NCBI GenBank assembly: GCA_009784275.1
Contig: WRCA01000001.1
Coordinates: forward strand, 129,783-193,782
DNA length: 64,000 bases
Direction: 5' to 3'
Source of the DNA: Alphaproteobacteria bacterium
GTDB taxonomy: Bacteria > Pseudomonadota > Alphaproteobacteria > Rs-D84
The notes under the pieces were generated by a model. The model made no database searches. It was not told the origin of the DNA and saw only the letters and a program-made list of their open reading frames with translations. Below, piece by piece: positions 18,204-28,191 of the stretch (its first letter is position 1; every line of letters begins with the position of its first letter). The position numbers and the translations under genes are program-made.

Positions 18204-18447
18204 ACGCGAAAATATTCCAAAATTATCCGCAGATTTTTGCGACCGTGTAGTGGCGGCTTCGCGAAATGTACCCCAACGTCGGCCGATTTCATTGCGCGTC
18301 TTGTGGGAGCGCGCCGCAAATATCCTGCCAATTCGCCCGAACTGGGCAATCGCAATGATGGCCGCGGTATTTGTAATCGGCTTTGTCGCGGGCTTCGAAA
18401 CATACACCATTGACAATGTAGTCGAACTTATGGAGGTAGTATTATGA
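18193..18447 (+). CDS. putative anti-sigma factor (84 aa, single TM), overlaps the sigma gene stop
   Basis: Position and size typical of ECF anti-sigma partners. TM WAIAMMAAVFVIGFVAGF. Confidence 0.4.
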   Translation: MQLERENIPKLSADFCDRVVAASRNVPQRRPISLRVLWERAANILPIRPNWAIAMMAAVFVIGFVAGFETYTIDNVVELMEVVL

Positions 18448-18824
18448 CCAAAAATATCAAAATCATTCTAATCGTATCATTACTGTTGAACACGCTGATG
18501 ATCGGAATGTTCGCTGGACACTGGATGCAGAGCCATCGATATCGGCCGATTGCGGAACTAAATGATATTCGACCGAAACAGCGTAATGCGATTGCAGCTG
18601 AACGTACTCGCTTGTTCGTACTGATGAAGGAAGGTGCGCCGAATGCAGAAATCGAAGCGCAGTTGGAAAAATTAAACGATATTCAATGCAAATTCAATCG
18701 GGATTTTATGATTTCGATGAATGAAAAACTACAAAAAATGTCTCCAGAAGAACGCGCCCGAATGATTGATAAGATGATGCAGCAACGCGGTCCACGCGGT
18801 AAAGGCCAGAAAATGCGCCATTAA
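18444..18824 (+). CDS. periplasmic CpxP/Spy/ZraP-like (Metal_resist / LTxxQ family) protein
   Basis: Signal/TM then helical domain with LNDIRPKQRNAI and LNDIQCKF repeats and a Gln/Arg/Gly-rich tail. Classic third gene of ECF envelope-stress modules. Confidence 0.5.
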   Translation: MTKNIKIILIVSLLLNTLMIGMFAGHWMQSHRYRPIAELNDIRPKQRNAIAAERTRLFVLMKEGAPNAEIEAQLEKLNDIQCKFNRDFMISMNEKLQKMSPEERARMIDKMMQQRGPRGKGQKMRH

Positions 18825-18851
18825 AAAACGCCCGATTGGGCGCTTTTTTTT
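18824..18851. terminator. bidirectional terminator AAAAAACGCCCGATTGGGCGCTTTTTTTT
   Basis: Hairpin plus T-tract. It overlaps the stop codon of the convergent minus-strand gene. Confidence 0.65.
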
Positions 18852-19620
18852 ATTTCGCGGATAATTCCACAGACCATAGTTTGCTTTCCATGGAATCAGA
18901 ACGAGATGTAAGAATAACCGGCGGCATCTTTTCATTTCCAACCACAAACCCCGCTACTGAAAAACCACCGAAGATAGTCAATGCTTTATAAAGCGAATTT
19001 CCCTGATCGATATTATCCATTATCAAGATATCCGGGCGTTCTGCATTTTCGATATTCTTATCCTTTGCCGAATCAGTAAAGCACACATCAAGCGCATTAT
19101 GCATTGCGCGGATACCAGGGAAATTTTCATGAACATAATTTTCCAGATAGCATGCATCCACGGAAGATTTTATATTCGAAACTATGCGCGATGAAGGCGT
19201 TAAAAAATTCACAACCGGATTCTTGCTGATACCCGTACGCCGCGCCAGGAATATAGCATTCTTTGTAATTCCTTCCTTGTCGCGCAGATTTGGCGCGATA
19301 TTTAATGCGCTGTCGGTTACGATAAACGGACGCTCGCCGGCGCGTTGAAAAACACCGCACTGGGATATAAATCCGCCACCATAATTCTTATTAATTTGTA
19401 AAACGCGGCGCATAAAGTCGCTGGTTTCAGCCAAGCCTTTCATAATAATCGAATCATCGAACTCATCCGCGTTATTAAATTCTTCCATAGTCAGATTACG
19501 AATTTCACCGACATCGAATTTTTCTACGTCCGCCAGCTTTATTTTTGATTCACTTTCACCAATTATTAATAACTTTTTCATTCTTACCTTCCTGGGTTCC
19601 GATTTTAACCCATCTTGCAA
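18850..19620 (-). CDS. phosphate acyltransferase family protein (Pta/Ptb-like, 256 aa)
   Basis: The C-terminal ...ILTSRSDSMESKLWSVELSA resembles the Pta/Ptb SR(x)DS motif. The N-terminus IIGESE...IKLAD resembles the Ptb fold. Short for the family. Confidence 0.45.
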   Translation of the reverse strand: MQDGLKSEPRKVRMKKLLIIGESESKIKLADVEKFDVGEIRNLTMEEFNNADEFDDSIIMKGLAETSDFMRRVLQINKNYGGGFISQCGVFQRAGERPFIVTDSALNIAPNLRDKEGITKNAIFLARRTGISKNPVVNFLTPSSRIVSNIKSSVDACYLENYVHENFPGIRAMHNALDVCFTDSAKDKNIENAERPDILIMDNIDQGNSLYKALTIFGGFSVAGFVVGNEKMPPVILTSRSDSMESKLWSVELSAK

Positions 19621-19721
19621 CCCAGGACAACCATAAATTAAATACCTATTATTTTATTTGTCCTGATTGACAAAAGTTAACATTATGTTAGAATGCCTCC
19701 AATTTAAAAAGGAAGGCAATA

Positions 19722-20285
19722 ATGGGCGACTGGTTAAGCACACAATACATAACTTCTCAAGTCTTTGTCAGTATCGCATACTTATTGCTGGCTTCTACTT
19801 ATTTTATAACTCAAAGACGCAGGCTGCTTTTGACAGTCATAACCAGCAACACTTCTATGGGCATAGGATTTGCCTTGCTGGGCGGATGGGTTGCGGTTGG
19901 CATGTGCATTATCGCGATTTGCCGGGATATAGTCAGCGACATTATAAATTCGCGCCGCAGTCCTGCTGACAAGATGAAAATCACAAAGTCCGACTGGTGG
20001 TGGCTGGCGTTATGGATTTCTTTATTCACAACCGTGATGGCATTCACGCAAACCGGATTCATGACTTTGTTCGCGTATTTCGCAACTATGACATTTACGA
20101 TTTCAATCTGGCAGAAAAATCAATTCATTTACAGATTCCTTGGGATTTTCGTTGGAATATTCTGGATAACTTATAATGTTGTTGTAAAAAGCTTTATGGG
20201 CATAACCCTGGAATCAGCATTGCTGATATTTGTGATAGCCGGACTTATCCAATATTGTATAAAAGAAAGAAAATCGAAAAGGTAA
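19722..20285 (+). CDS. inner membrane protein, YgjV-like (about 5 TM)
   Basis: 187 aa, multiple hydrophobic helices. Family assignment is tentative. Confidence 0.35.
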   Translation: MGDWLSTQYITSQVFVSIAYLLLASTYFITQRRRLLLTVITSNTSMGIGFALLGGWVAVGMCIIAICRDIVSDIINSRRSPADKMKITKSDWWWLALWISLFTTVMAFTQTGFMTLFAYFATMTFTISIWQKNQFIYRFLGIFVGIFWITYNVVVKSFMGITLESALLIFVIAGLIQYCIKERKSKR

Positions 20286-20315
20286 TAAAAATCCGCCCGA
20301 AGGCGGATTTTTTTT
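20286..20315. terminator. bidirectional terminator AAAAATCCGCCCGAAGGCGGATTTTTTTTT
   Basis: Hairpin between the convergent genes. Confidence 0.65.
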
Positions 20316-21180
20316 ATTTCAGCGCTTGCTGTATCTGCGCCGCAGGGACTGCGCCCGGGAACGCCTGATCTTGTATGATCAAGAACGGAGTACCTTGGAT
20401 TCCAAACTGTTGCGCCAATTCGCCAACCTGTGCCAATTCATTGTTGACGGTTTCGCTTTTCATATCGGCTTCCAGTTTATCGGCATCCAAGCCAACTTTC
20501 TTTGCCGCCGTCAGGATATTCTTCAAGATCGCTTTTTCCAGCGCTTCTTGGGACTGGCCTTTCAGATCATCCGGCCAATATGGCTTTTCAATCAACAGCT
20601 TATCCAATTCCGCAGCTTTGGTATTGTCTTGGATTTTCGCAGCAATCACTGCACGCGCGGCACCATCTGACAAGACGCCATGGATCGAGAAGTTTTTGAT
20701 GACAACGCGAACGTCTTTGTTGTTTCCCAAGACGGTTAACAACTCTTTATGAACGCGCGCGCAATACGGGCAAGAATAATCAGTGAACAAGAATATTGTT
20801 TTCTTTGCATTCACATCGCCCAGGATCGGAGCATTCGCGACCATTTCTGCCATATGCTTTTTAACATATTTTTTAACTTCCTTGCTAGATTTGCCTTGTT
20901 CCGCATTCTGTGCACCTTTCACCATTTCCATAACGATGCCAGGATTTACATCCGTCAGATAATACGGAGTCCACAAACGCGCAACGCCGATTATCAACAA
21001 AACAATCGATAGCAATTTTATCGATTTTTTCGCGATCATCACGCCAATCGTTGCCGGTTTTTTCATATCATGTTTGATCAGCATTCCGCCGAACAAGTAA
21101 AGAGCGACTGCAATAATCAGCGCCAGGATTGCCCAAGTCATTTTTTCTCCTTTATGTTTGAACGGTATTGAGAGTAGCAA
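20314..21180 (-). CDS. membrane-anchored DsbA-family thiol:disulfide oxidoreductase
   Basis: Two N-terminal TM helices. Thioredoxin-fold domain with DYSCPYCARVH (CPYC active site). Confidence 0.65.
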   Translation of the reverse strand: MLLSIPFKHKGEKMTWAILALIIAVALYLFGGMLIKHDMKKPATIGVMIAKKSIKLLSIVLLIIGVARLWTPYYLTDVNPGIVMEMVKGAQNAEQGKSSKEVKKYVKKHMAEMVANAPILGDVNAKKTIFLFTDYSCPYCARVHKELLTVLGNNKDVRVVIKNFSIHGVLSDGAARAVIAAKIQDNTKAAELDKLLIEKPYWPDDLKGQSQEALEKAILKNILTAAKKVGLDADKLEADMKSETVNNELAQVGELAQQFGIQGTPFLIIQDQAFPGAVPAAQIQQALK

Positions 21181-21234
21181 AGTTCTAGGAATGATTGCAA
21201 GAGGTTTTTTAATGAATCTATCATGTGATTTATG

Positions 21235-21263
21235 TTGACAATAAATGTGATTATGTAATAATG
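21235..21263 (+). promoter_or_regulatory. candidate promoter TTGACA - about 16 nt - TAATAAT upstream of the 527 aa gene
   Basis: Hexamers read by eye. Lower confidence. Confidence 0.3.
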
Positions 21264-21302
21264 CGCCCGCCAGGAGAGAGATAAACTCAAAGGATTGAAA
21301 AT

Positions 21303-22886
21303 ATGGCAGGCCGCGATCTTATTAATGCTGACAAGACACGCAACCCAAAGAATGATGACAAGCGCTGTTCCAAAAGAACCCTGAAGCCAAAGGCGACCAA
21401 GGAATTTCCTTTTCGATTTCGGGAAACTACACATCTCAAATCCAGAGATGTTTCATACTCCGTATCACTGATGAATATGGATAGCAGAAAACCAATCAAA
21501 AGCATCATACAAGGAGCTTTGGAACCGATCGAGATCATCGCCAAATTCAAAGAAACCCCTGTCGCTATTTTACGTAGCACACGAAACAGTAAGAGATTAA
21601 AGCTCGTAGATTTCAATACCACAGAAATACCGTTCGAACAAGGGGCAGCGTTCATAGATTTTGATTCGGAAAACCGTATTTTTTATGCAATGCCTTTGAA
21701 TGCCTCGGGTAAAGTTATGTCCGAAACAATCAGGAAATATGATCCGAAAGATGGAACTGTAACTCCTATACCTGCCAAAGACTATTTCGACAATATCGCA
21801 TCTGAATCAAGACAGCCATGGTGCGCAGACGAAGCGATAGAACAAAGATTCTTTAATAAGACCGAAATAATAGAAAAAAATACACTGGAAGTTATCGAGG
21901 AAGAATCAGAGAATGAAAAAGAAGAGGTCCCTGTGACTGAATCCCAACCGATTATTCCTATTAAAACCGAAATGGAGGTCGAGCCAACCATTCTTGCCAA
22001 GACCGAAACAGAAGAAATCAAAGATTTCGAAGCTCTTAACAATTTAATAAACTCTAATAAGATGTTCGCTACATTGTTGGCTAAGGAGGTAGCAAATCTT
22101 CTTGTCAACGGAAAGAAAATTGAAACCGTCAAAGAGATCACTCCAAAGGCCAAGCCGGTCAAGATAGTAGAAATTATCGAGGATACGCCTGCCCCAAAGA
22201 TTGAGAAAATTCAAAAGAGATCCAAAAGAGATATCCCTCTTGAAGAGACGACTTTGCCGCAAGCGTTAAATAAAAGACGTAATTGGAAGCCCGGTAAAAA
22301 AGAATCTCTACAAGACATATTAGATAGAATTGCATTCCTGAAAAGCCAAGAACCAAAAAAGCAAAGAACGCGGACAAAGAAAGAGAAAGACACGACCGCT
22401 GCAATCAAACCACTGTCACAGACAACCGCCATAGAAGAAAAACAGATAGTTAAGCTTGATACGCCCGTTACGCTGATTCTGCCACCTGAAAAACCAAAAT
22501 CAGTAACAGTTGTAGAAATTCGGAATGATAACAAATCAAAATCTTTGAAAATCGGCAATCAAATCGTATTGAAAGATGTATTTGGCCTTAACTATGTCCT
22601 TAAAGAAAATAACCAGATATTACATGCTTGGTTCGCTAATAAAGACAACAGCAGAGTGACTGAACACAAATTATTTTATCCCGATGCAAAGCCGGTATAT
22701 ACCCCAAAGGATCCCAAGGCTTTTATCGAGAAGATAGAGATCGAACTTTCTTTCGCAAATTTCTACAGCGTCAGCTATGAACTGAATCCATTAAATCCAA
22801 CCAGATATCAAAAGAAAGATTTTTATTTGGAACTTGAAAATTATAAGAATCTTTTCATGACTATTGATGTACAAAATAAAAAATAA
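21303..22886 (+). CDS. hypothetical Lys/Glu-rich protein, no signal peptide (527 aa)
   Basis: Long ORF, charged low-complexity middle (EEESENEKEEVPVTE..., KIVEIIEDTPAPKIEKIQKRSKR). No known motif. Confidence 0.4.
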   Translation: MAGRDLINADKTRNPKNDDKRCSKRTLKPKATKEFPFRFRETTHLKSRDVSYSVSLMNMDSRKPIKSIIQGALEPIEIIAKFKETPVAILRSTRNSKRLKLVDFNTTEIPFEQGAAFIDFDSENRIFYAMPLNASGKVMSETIRKYDPKDGTVTPIPAKDYFDNIASESRQPWCADEAIEQRFFNKTEIIEKNTLEVIEEESENEKEEVPVTESQPIIPIKTEMEVEPTILAKTETEEIKDFEALNNLINSNKMFATLLAKEVANLLVNGKKIETVKEITPKAKPVKIVEIIEDTPAPKIEKIQKRSKRDIPLEETTLPQALNKRRNWKPGKKESLQDILDRIAFLKSQEPKKQRTRTKKEKDTTAAIKPLSQTTAIEEKQIVKLDTPVTLILPPEKPKSVTVVEIRNDNKSKSLKIGNQIVLKDVFGLNYVLKENNQILHAWFANKDNSRVTEHKLFYPDAKPVYTPKDPKAFIEKIEIELSFANFYSVSYELNPLNPTRYQKKDFYLELENYKNLFMTIDVQNKK

Positions 22887-22921
22887 ATAGCGCGGTTAAA
22901 TAATCCCTCTTCTATGGGGGA

Positions 22922-24034
22922 TTATGCCGCTTTCTTCATACCCTGCTTTGCTTCGCGGACGAGTTTGCGCAAGGCATCTATCGATACCAGTGTTCCATCC
23001 CGTTTTTCTGCCGACCAATAATCCCAACCGTTAAAGCTGACCGCGCGCTGTATCCTTGCCGCCATAACATGTATAGAACCTTTGCCATACAAAGCATGCG
23101 ACAGTTGGCCGTCCTTGGTAATCATAACCCTGTCGCCGCGCGGCCCCACCAGGGTTTGTCCCGCATACAACAGTCCGCCATCCAACAATTCCATAAATGA
23201 AACTTTGACTTCTTCGCGTTTCGCCGGCACTTCTATTTCAGACAGATCAATCGGCACAACCGCCGAGATACGACTTTGTGCAGGGGCTATATATTTTCCT
23301 TCCTGCTCTATCCCTATCCAATTCCGCCCCAGTTCCTTTGCAACCGCGCCCGTAGTGCCGCTGCCAAAGAATGGATCAAGTATTACATCGCCCGCGCGTG
23401 TCGATGCCAGGATTATTCTTCGCAGCATATCTGATGGCTTTTGCGTAGTATGCAGGCTCTTCCCGTCATCATCTTTCAACCTTTCCGCCCCCAAGCAGAT
23501 ATCCATTGCCCAATCAGACCGCATTTGCTTGCCACCATTGAACTTTTTCATAGTATCGTAATTAAAGGTATATTTGCCGGTTTTTTCCGGTGTCGCCCAG
23601 ACCAAAGTTTCATGGGCATTTGTAAATCTGGTTCCGCGGAAATTCGGCATAGGATTGGTTTTCACCCAGATTATATCATTCAGAATCCAGAACCCCAAGT
23701 CTTGCATCATAACGCCTACACGGAATATGTTATGATAGCTGCCGATCACCCATAATGATCCGGTTGGTTTAAGAACTCTGCGAACTTCTGTCAGCCACCC
23801 ACGAGTGAAATCATCATATTCCGCCAATGATTCGAAAGAATCCCAATCGTCGCGGACCGCCCGCGCTGCGGTTTGGTCTTCGGGCCTATAGAGTGTTTTA
23901 CGCCCAAGTTGCAGGTTAAACGGGGGATCGGCAAATACTGCATCGACACAACCATCAGGCAGCTTTTTCATCTGCGTAACACAGTCGCCGTGCAAAATCC
24001 GGTTCAGACATTCTCTCACCTCGCATTTTATCAT
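22922..24034 (-). CDS. ccrM: CcrM-like N6-adenine DNA methyltransferase (beta class, GANTC-type family)
   Basis: N-terminal LHGDC...VDAVFADPPFNL, downstream DPFFGSGTTGAVA SAM motif, C-terminal non-catalytic domain as in CcrM. Confidence 0.8.
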   Translation of the reverse strand: MIKCEVRECLNRILHGDCVTQMKKLPDGCVDAVFADPPFNLQLGRKTLYRPEDQTAARAVRDDWDSFESLAEYDDFTRGWLTEVRRVLKPTGSLWVIGSYHNIFRVGVMMQDLGFWILNDIIWVKTNPMPNFRGTRFTNAHETLVWATPEKTGKYTFNYDTMKKFNGGKQMRSDWAMDICLGAERLKDDDGKSLHTTQKPSDMLRRIILASTRAGDVILDPFFGSGTTGAVAKELGRNWIGIEQEGKYIAPAQSRISAVVPIDLSEIEVPAKREEVKVSFMELLDGGLLYAGQTLVGPRGDRVMITKDGQLSHALYGKGSIHVMAARIQRAVSFNGWDYWSAEKRDGTLVSIDALRKLVREAKQGMKKAA

Positions 24035-24123
24035 AAAACAGGGGTTAATGGTTAGCGGTTAGTGATTAGATTTATGAAAATAAATCACTTGATTTTTTTA
24101 TTTTTTTCAATTTCCCTGGGAGT

Positions 24124-24885
24124 ATGAGAATAATAATTTCATTTACTTCATATCCGCCCCGGATGGACGCAGTCCCAGCTATGGTGCAAACCTTGTTGAC
24201 ACAGGTTCCTGCGCCGGATTTAGTTGTTCTATATCTGGCAGAAAGTCAATTTCCCGGGAAAAAGCTGCCGGCTTCAACAACCGATCTGATGGCAAAGGAA
24301 AAGAAATTCGAAGTCAGGTGGGTTCCCAAGGATACCCGCGCTCATAAAAAATTAACCCCAGCATTGATAGATTTCCCGGACGATATTATCATAACCGCTG
24401 ATGACGATGTTCTGTATCCCGCAGACTGGCTGGCACGCCTTATGACTGCGCATAAGAAATATCCCAATGCTGTTATCGGGCATCATGTTTATCGGATGAG
24501 GCCGGACAAGCCTTATAGAAAATGGCGGAAAATTCAAAATCATTGGCGGCGTAGGGTTTTGTTCGGGCGTCCCAGCTTTAAAAATTTCGCAACCGGCTGC
24601 GGCGGGATTTTATACCCTCCGCATGCGCTGTATAAAGACGTTTTAAAAGAAGAATTATTCATGGATCTTGCGCCGACCGCAGACGACGTATGGTTCTGGG
24701 CCATGGCGGTTTTGAACGGCACGAAAATCGCCATCGTTTCGAATCCTATAAAACATTTGGAAGAGCAGGAAAACACTCAAGATTGCGCGCTGTGGGCTGA
24801 TAATGCGGTCGATGATAGAAACAATAAATTTTTGGCCGCTATTATGGAAAGATATCCAGAAATTAAAAGAAATTACCGTGGTTGA
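24124..24885 (+). CDS. putative glycosyltransferase-like protein (DxD-type)
   Basis: IIITADDDVLYP motif and FTSYPPR N-terminus resemble GT-A type transferases. Family uncertain. Confidence 0.3.
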   Translation: MRIIISFTSYPPRMDAVPAMVQTLLTQVPAPDLVVLYLAESQFPGKKLPASTTDLMAKEKKFEVRWVPKDTRAHKKLTPALIDFPDDIIITADDDVLYPADWLARLMTAHKKYPNAVIGHHVYRMRPDKPYRKWRKIQNHWRRRVLFGRPSFKNFATGCGGILYPPHALYKDVLKEELFMDLAPTADDVWFWAMAVLNGTKIAIVSNPIKHLEEQENTQDCALWADNAVDDRNNKFLAAIMERYPEIKRNYRG

Positions 24886-24918
24886 CACTTTATTGTTTTT
24901 TTGCTAGGTTTTTTGGTT

Positions 24919-25428
24919 ATGAGATGCCCTTATTGCAACAGTTCAGAATCCCAGGTCAAGGATTCCCGTCCTAATGAAGAAGACGCTACTATTCGTCGTC
25001 GCCGTGTCTGTAATGATTGCGGGGCAAAATTCACAACACTTGAACGCGTGCAGCTGCGCGATCTAATGGTGCGGAAAAGCAATGGAATATTACAGCCTTT
25101 TGACCGCGAAAAGCTGGCAAGATCCGTAAAAATCGCCTGTCGCAAGCGCGATATTAGCGATGACAGGGTCGATAAATTCATAACCAGCATACATCGCAGG
25201 TTAGAAGCTGAAAATACCGACGATATAATTTCCAGTGAAACAATCGGACAGATGGTGTCAGAATCTCTGTTACACCTGGATCCAATCGCATTCGTGCGGT
25301 TTGCAAGCGTTTATCGCAAATTTTCAAAGCTCGCGGACTTTAAGAAAATCATCAATCAAGTACCCGAAGCAGAAGAAGGCGCGAAAGTTTGCGAGCTGCC
25401 AAAAAAATACAAAAATTCGTTGTTCTGA
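24919..25428 (+). CDS. nrdR: transcriptional repressor NrdR
   Basis: MRCPYCNSSESQVKDSRP...RRRRVCNDCGAKFTTLE zinc ribbon plus ATP-cone. Confidence 0.85.
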   Translation: MRCPYCNSSESQVKDSRPNEEDATIRRRRVCNDCGAKFTTLERVQLRDLMVRKSNGILQPFDREKLARSVKIACRKRDISDDRVDKFITSIHRRLEAENTDDIISSETIGQMVSESLLHLDPIAFVRFASVYRKFSKLADFKKIINQVPEAEEGAKVCELPKKYKNSLF

Positions 25429-27146
25429 TGAAAAAATTACTATTCCTTATTCCTTTTTCCTTGTTCCTTTGCGCTGCGCGCGCGTCAAGTTTGCCGCAGA
25501 TTTTAAGCGAATCCGATGTTGCGGTTTATACGGAAATTTTCCAGCTGCAAACGGCTGAAAAAATCGATGCGGCGAAAAAATTGGATGCGACTATCGAAGA
25601 CAAGATTTTAATGCAGGAAGTTTTATTCCAAAGATATACTTCCAAGACTTACAAATCACGCGGCGTGGAAATTGTCGAATGGATGAAGAGCTATTACGAC
25701 CAACCCGGCGCCGACAGAATGCATAAGCTGGCGCAAATAAAAAAAACTTCTGCTCGTGCGCCAAAGTTGCCTACGCTTGCGATCGGCACAGGGGACACGG
25801 CTGCGAAATCCGAAACTTGGACCACGAAAAATTATGGTGGTGATGCAGGCGTAAAAATTAAAAAATTCAAGAACTCCCTGACACATGGAAATACAAAGAA
25901 CGCGCGGCTAATTCTGGAAGAAAAAGGATTTAAGAAATCCGTATCGAACGCGGATTGGGGACGGCTGGCGGGACGTTTGGCTTTCGTTTACTACACCAAC
26001 GGGGAATTCGATTGGGCCAAAAAATTCGGGGAACAATCGGCAGAACAGTTATCAGAATACGGCCTGTGGACCATGGGGTTGATGGCGTTCAAGGATGGAG
26101 AATTTTCTGATTCTTTGGCGCACTTTGAAAGCTTGACCGAATTGCAACATATCAATGATGCACGAAAGATAGAAGCTGCGTTCTGGGCGGGACGCGCAGC
26201 AGAGATGTCAGGCAGCCGAGATATTGCAAAAAAACACTGGAAGACAGCGGCAGAAAAACCACAGATGTTTTACGGCGCGTTAAGCGCGGCTATGCTGGGG
26301 CAAACGCCAAAGTACAAGTTCTTTGACAAGGAATATTCGGATGAAGACATCGAAGAACTTTCAAATACCGGATATGGAAAAACCGCGCTGGCGCTGCTGC
26401 AAATCGGGGATAAAGTCGCGGCAGAAAAATACCTGCGCTTGCTGCTGACTCATAATGCATCTGATAAGTTGCTGCATGCTGTTTATTCCGTGGCTTCCAG
26501 TGAAGAACTACCGCGCGTATCCATGCAGGCCGCAGGATTAGTGCGTGATCGCGGTATTATGGAAATTGATAATAATGTAATTTTCTCTGCCCAGTACCCT
26601 TTGCCCGACTGGGAACCGATGGGCGGATGGAGCATCGACCGCGCTCTGCTATTTGCAATTACTCGCCAGGAATCTGGATTCAAGGCCACAGCTGAATCCA
26701 ACAAAGGCGCAAAAGGGGTAATGCAATTAATGCCCAAAACCGCCAAACAAGTTGCAAAACGCAATGATGTATCTATGTCGGACTTAAATATTTCAAAGCC
26801 TGAACACAACATGTTCCTGGGTCAGCAATATATTGTGGACTTGCTGGGGCTGCCGAATGTCGAAAATAACATTATAAAAATGCTGGCGTCTTATAACTCT
26901 GGAAACGGAGCAATGGCAAAATTCGAAAAGAATTTTGAAACGAGCGATCCGCTGCTTTATATCGAAAGTTTTCCAAATGTCGAAACAAGAAATTATATCA
27001 AAAGGGTGATTTCAAATTTGTGGCTGTATCGCGCAAGGTTGAAGCAGCCATTGACCAGCCTTGAAGACCTGGCGAACGGCAAGTGGCCGCTATATTCCAG
27101 CGAAGATGAATTCGTGCGGAACCAAATCGCACGCAGAACAATATGA
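25428..27146 (+). CDS. slt: soluble lytic murein transglycosylase (Slt family 1)
   Basis: Signal peptide MKKLLFLIPFSLFLCAARA, superhelical repeats, catalytic ESGF...GAKGVMQLMPKTA. The start overlaps the nrdR stop (TGATG). Confidence 0.75.
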   Translation: MKKLLFLIPFSLFLCAARASSLPQILSESDVAVYTEIFQLQTAEKIDAAKKLDATIEDKILMQEVLFQRYTSKTYKSRGVEIVEWMKSYYDQPGADRMHKLAQIKKTSARAPKLPTLAIGTGDTAAKSETWTTKNYGGDAGVKIKKFKNSLTHGNTKNARLILEEKGFKKSVSNADWGRLAGRLAFVYYTNGEFDWAKKFGEQSAEQLSEYGLWTMGLMAFKDGEFSDSLAHFESLTELQHINDARKIEAAFWAGRAAEMSGSRDIAKKHWKTAAEKPQMFYGALSAAMLGQTPKYKFFDKEYSDEDIEELSNTGYGKTALALLQIGDKVAAEKYLRLLLTHNASDKLLHAVYSVASSEELPRVSMQAAGLVRDRGIMEIDNNVIFSAQYPLPDWEPMGGWSIDRALLFAITRQESGFKATAESNKGAKGVMQLMPKTAKQVAKRNDVSMSDLNISKPEHNMFLGQQYIVDLLGLPNVENNIIKMLASYNSGNGAMAKFEKNFETSDPLLYIESFPNVETRNYIKRVISNLWLYRARLKQPLTSLEDLANGKWPLYSSEDEFVRNQIARRTI

Positions 27147-27150
27147 AGCT

Positions 27151-27867
27151 ATGAAGTCTTTTCCGACATTCGATATTGAAAATGAAATCATAGATAATTT
27201 TTATTTATCTCCACTAGTTACGCATGATCGGGAATTGATAATCGCCGGCGTTGATGAAGCTGGACGCGGTCCCCTGTGCGGACCCGTGGTTGCTGCAGCG
27301 GTTATATTTAAATCTGATGCGCAATATCCACAGATCAATGATTCAAAACAGATGACCCATGCGCAGCGATCGCTGGCGTATGACTGGATTATGGAAAATT
27401 GCCTCGTTGGCATTGGGCAATGCAGTCCGGTAGAGATTGATGAGTTAAATATTTTGCATGCATCTATGTTAGCAATGAAGCGCGCAATTGCGGATTTATC
27501 GAAAAAGCCTGACTTTTGTTTGGTCGATGGAAACAGAATGCCGGACAATTTGATAAGCGCGCCATTGCGCAAGGGTAATATATCTTCACTGGCACAATTT
27601 GATTATATATCGCAAATGTCGGGAAATACTATTATTGGTCGCGCGGTTGTAAAGGGTGATTCAAAGTCCTTATCTATCGCCGCCGCCAGCATTATCGCAA
27701 AAGAAACTCGTGATAAAATTATGCATGAGTTGGCCGCGCAATTCCCACAATACGGATGGGATAAGAATGCGGGATATCCGACCGCAGCGCACTTGCAGGC
27801 AATCAAAGAATTTGGTATAAATCAACATTACAGGAAGAGTTACAAGCCAGTAAAGGATTTATTATGA
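27151..27867 (+). CDS. rnhB: ribonuclease HII
   Basis: IIAGVDEAGRGPLCGPVVAAAVI active site (DEAGRG). Confidence 0.85.
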   Translation: MKSFPTFDIENEIIDNFYLSPLVTHDRELIIAGVDEAGRGPLCGPVVAAAVIFKSDAQYPQINDSKQMTHAQRSLAYDWIMENCLVGIGQCSPVEIDELNILHASMLAMKRAIADLSKKPDFCLVDGNRMPDNLISAPLRKGNISSLAQFDYISQMSGNTIIGRAVVKGDSKSLSIAAASIIAKETRDKIMHELAAQFPQYGWDKNAGYPTAAHLQAIKEFGINQHYRKSYKPVKDLL

Positions 27868-28160
27868 AAGTCATAACCATGTGTGGTTCATTAAAGTTTG
27901 AATCTGATATTAGATATTGGTCAGAAAAGCTAGCGTTAGAAGGTAACTGTGTCTTATCAATTATCTATCCAACCGCTGACGATAAGGATGCGTACACTCC
28001 CGAGCAACACAAACAATTGGATACCGAACATAAAAAGAAAATAGATATGTCGGATGCTATCTTCGTAGTGAATAAAAATGGATACATCGGCAGCAGTACA
28101 AAAGACGAAATTGATTATGCGAAAGCACGCGGTAAGGAAATATTATTTTTAGAAAATTAA
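27864..28160 (+). CDS. nucleoside 2-deoxyribosyltransferase-like small protein (Nuc_deoxyri_tr2 / DNPH1-like fold)
   Basis: 98 aa. ITMCGSL N-terminus and GSSTKDEIDYAKARGKEILFL resemble the GTxxExGxAxAxGKPV core of this family. Confidence 0.4.
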   Translation: MKVITMCGSLKFESDIRYWSEKLALEGNCVLSIIYPTADDKDAYTPEQHKQLDTEHKKKIDMSDAIFVVNKNGYIGSSTKDEIDYAKARGKEILFLEN

Positions 28161-28191
28161 AAAACAGGGATGCGTATAAAAAGGAAGGAAG

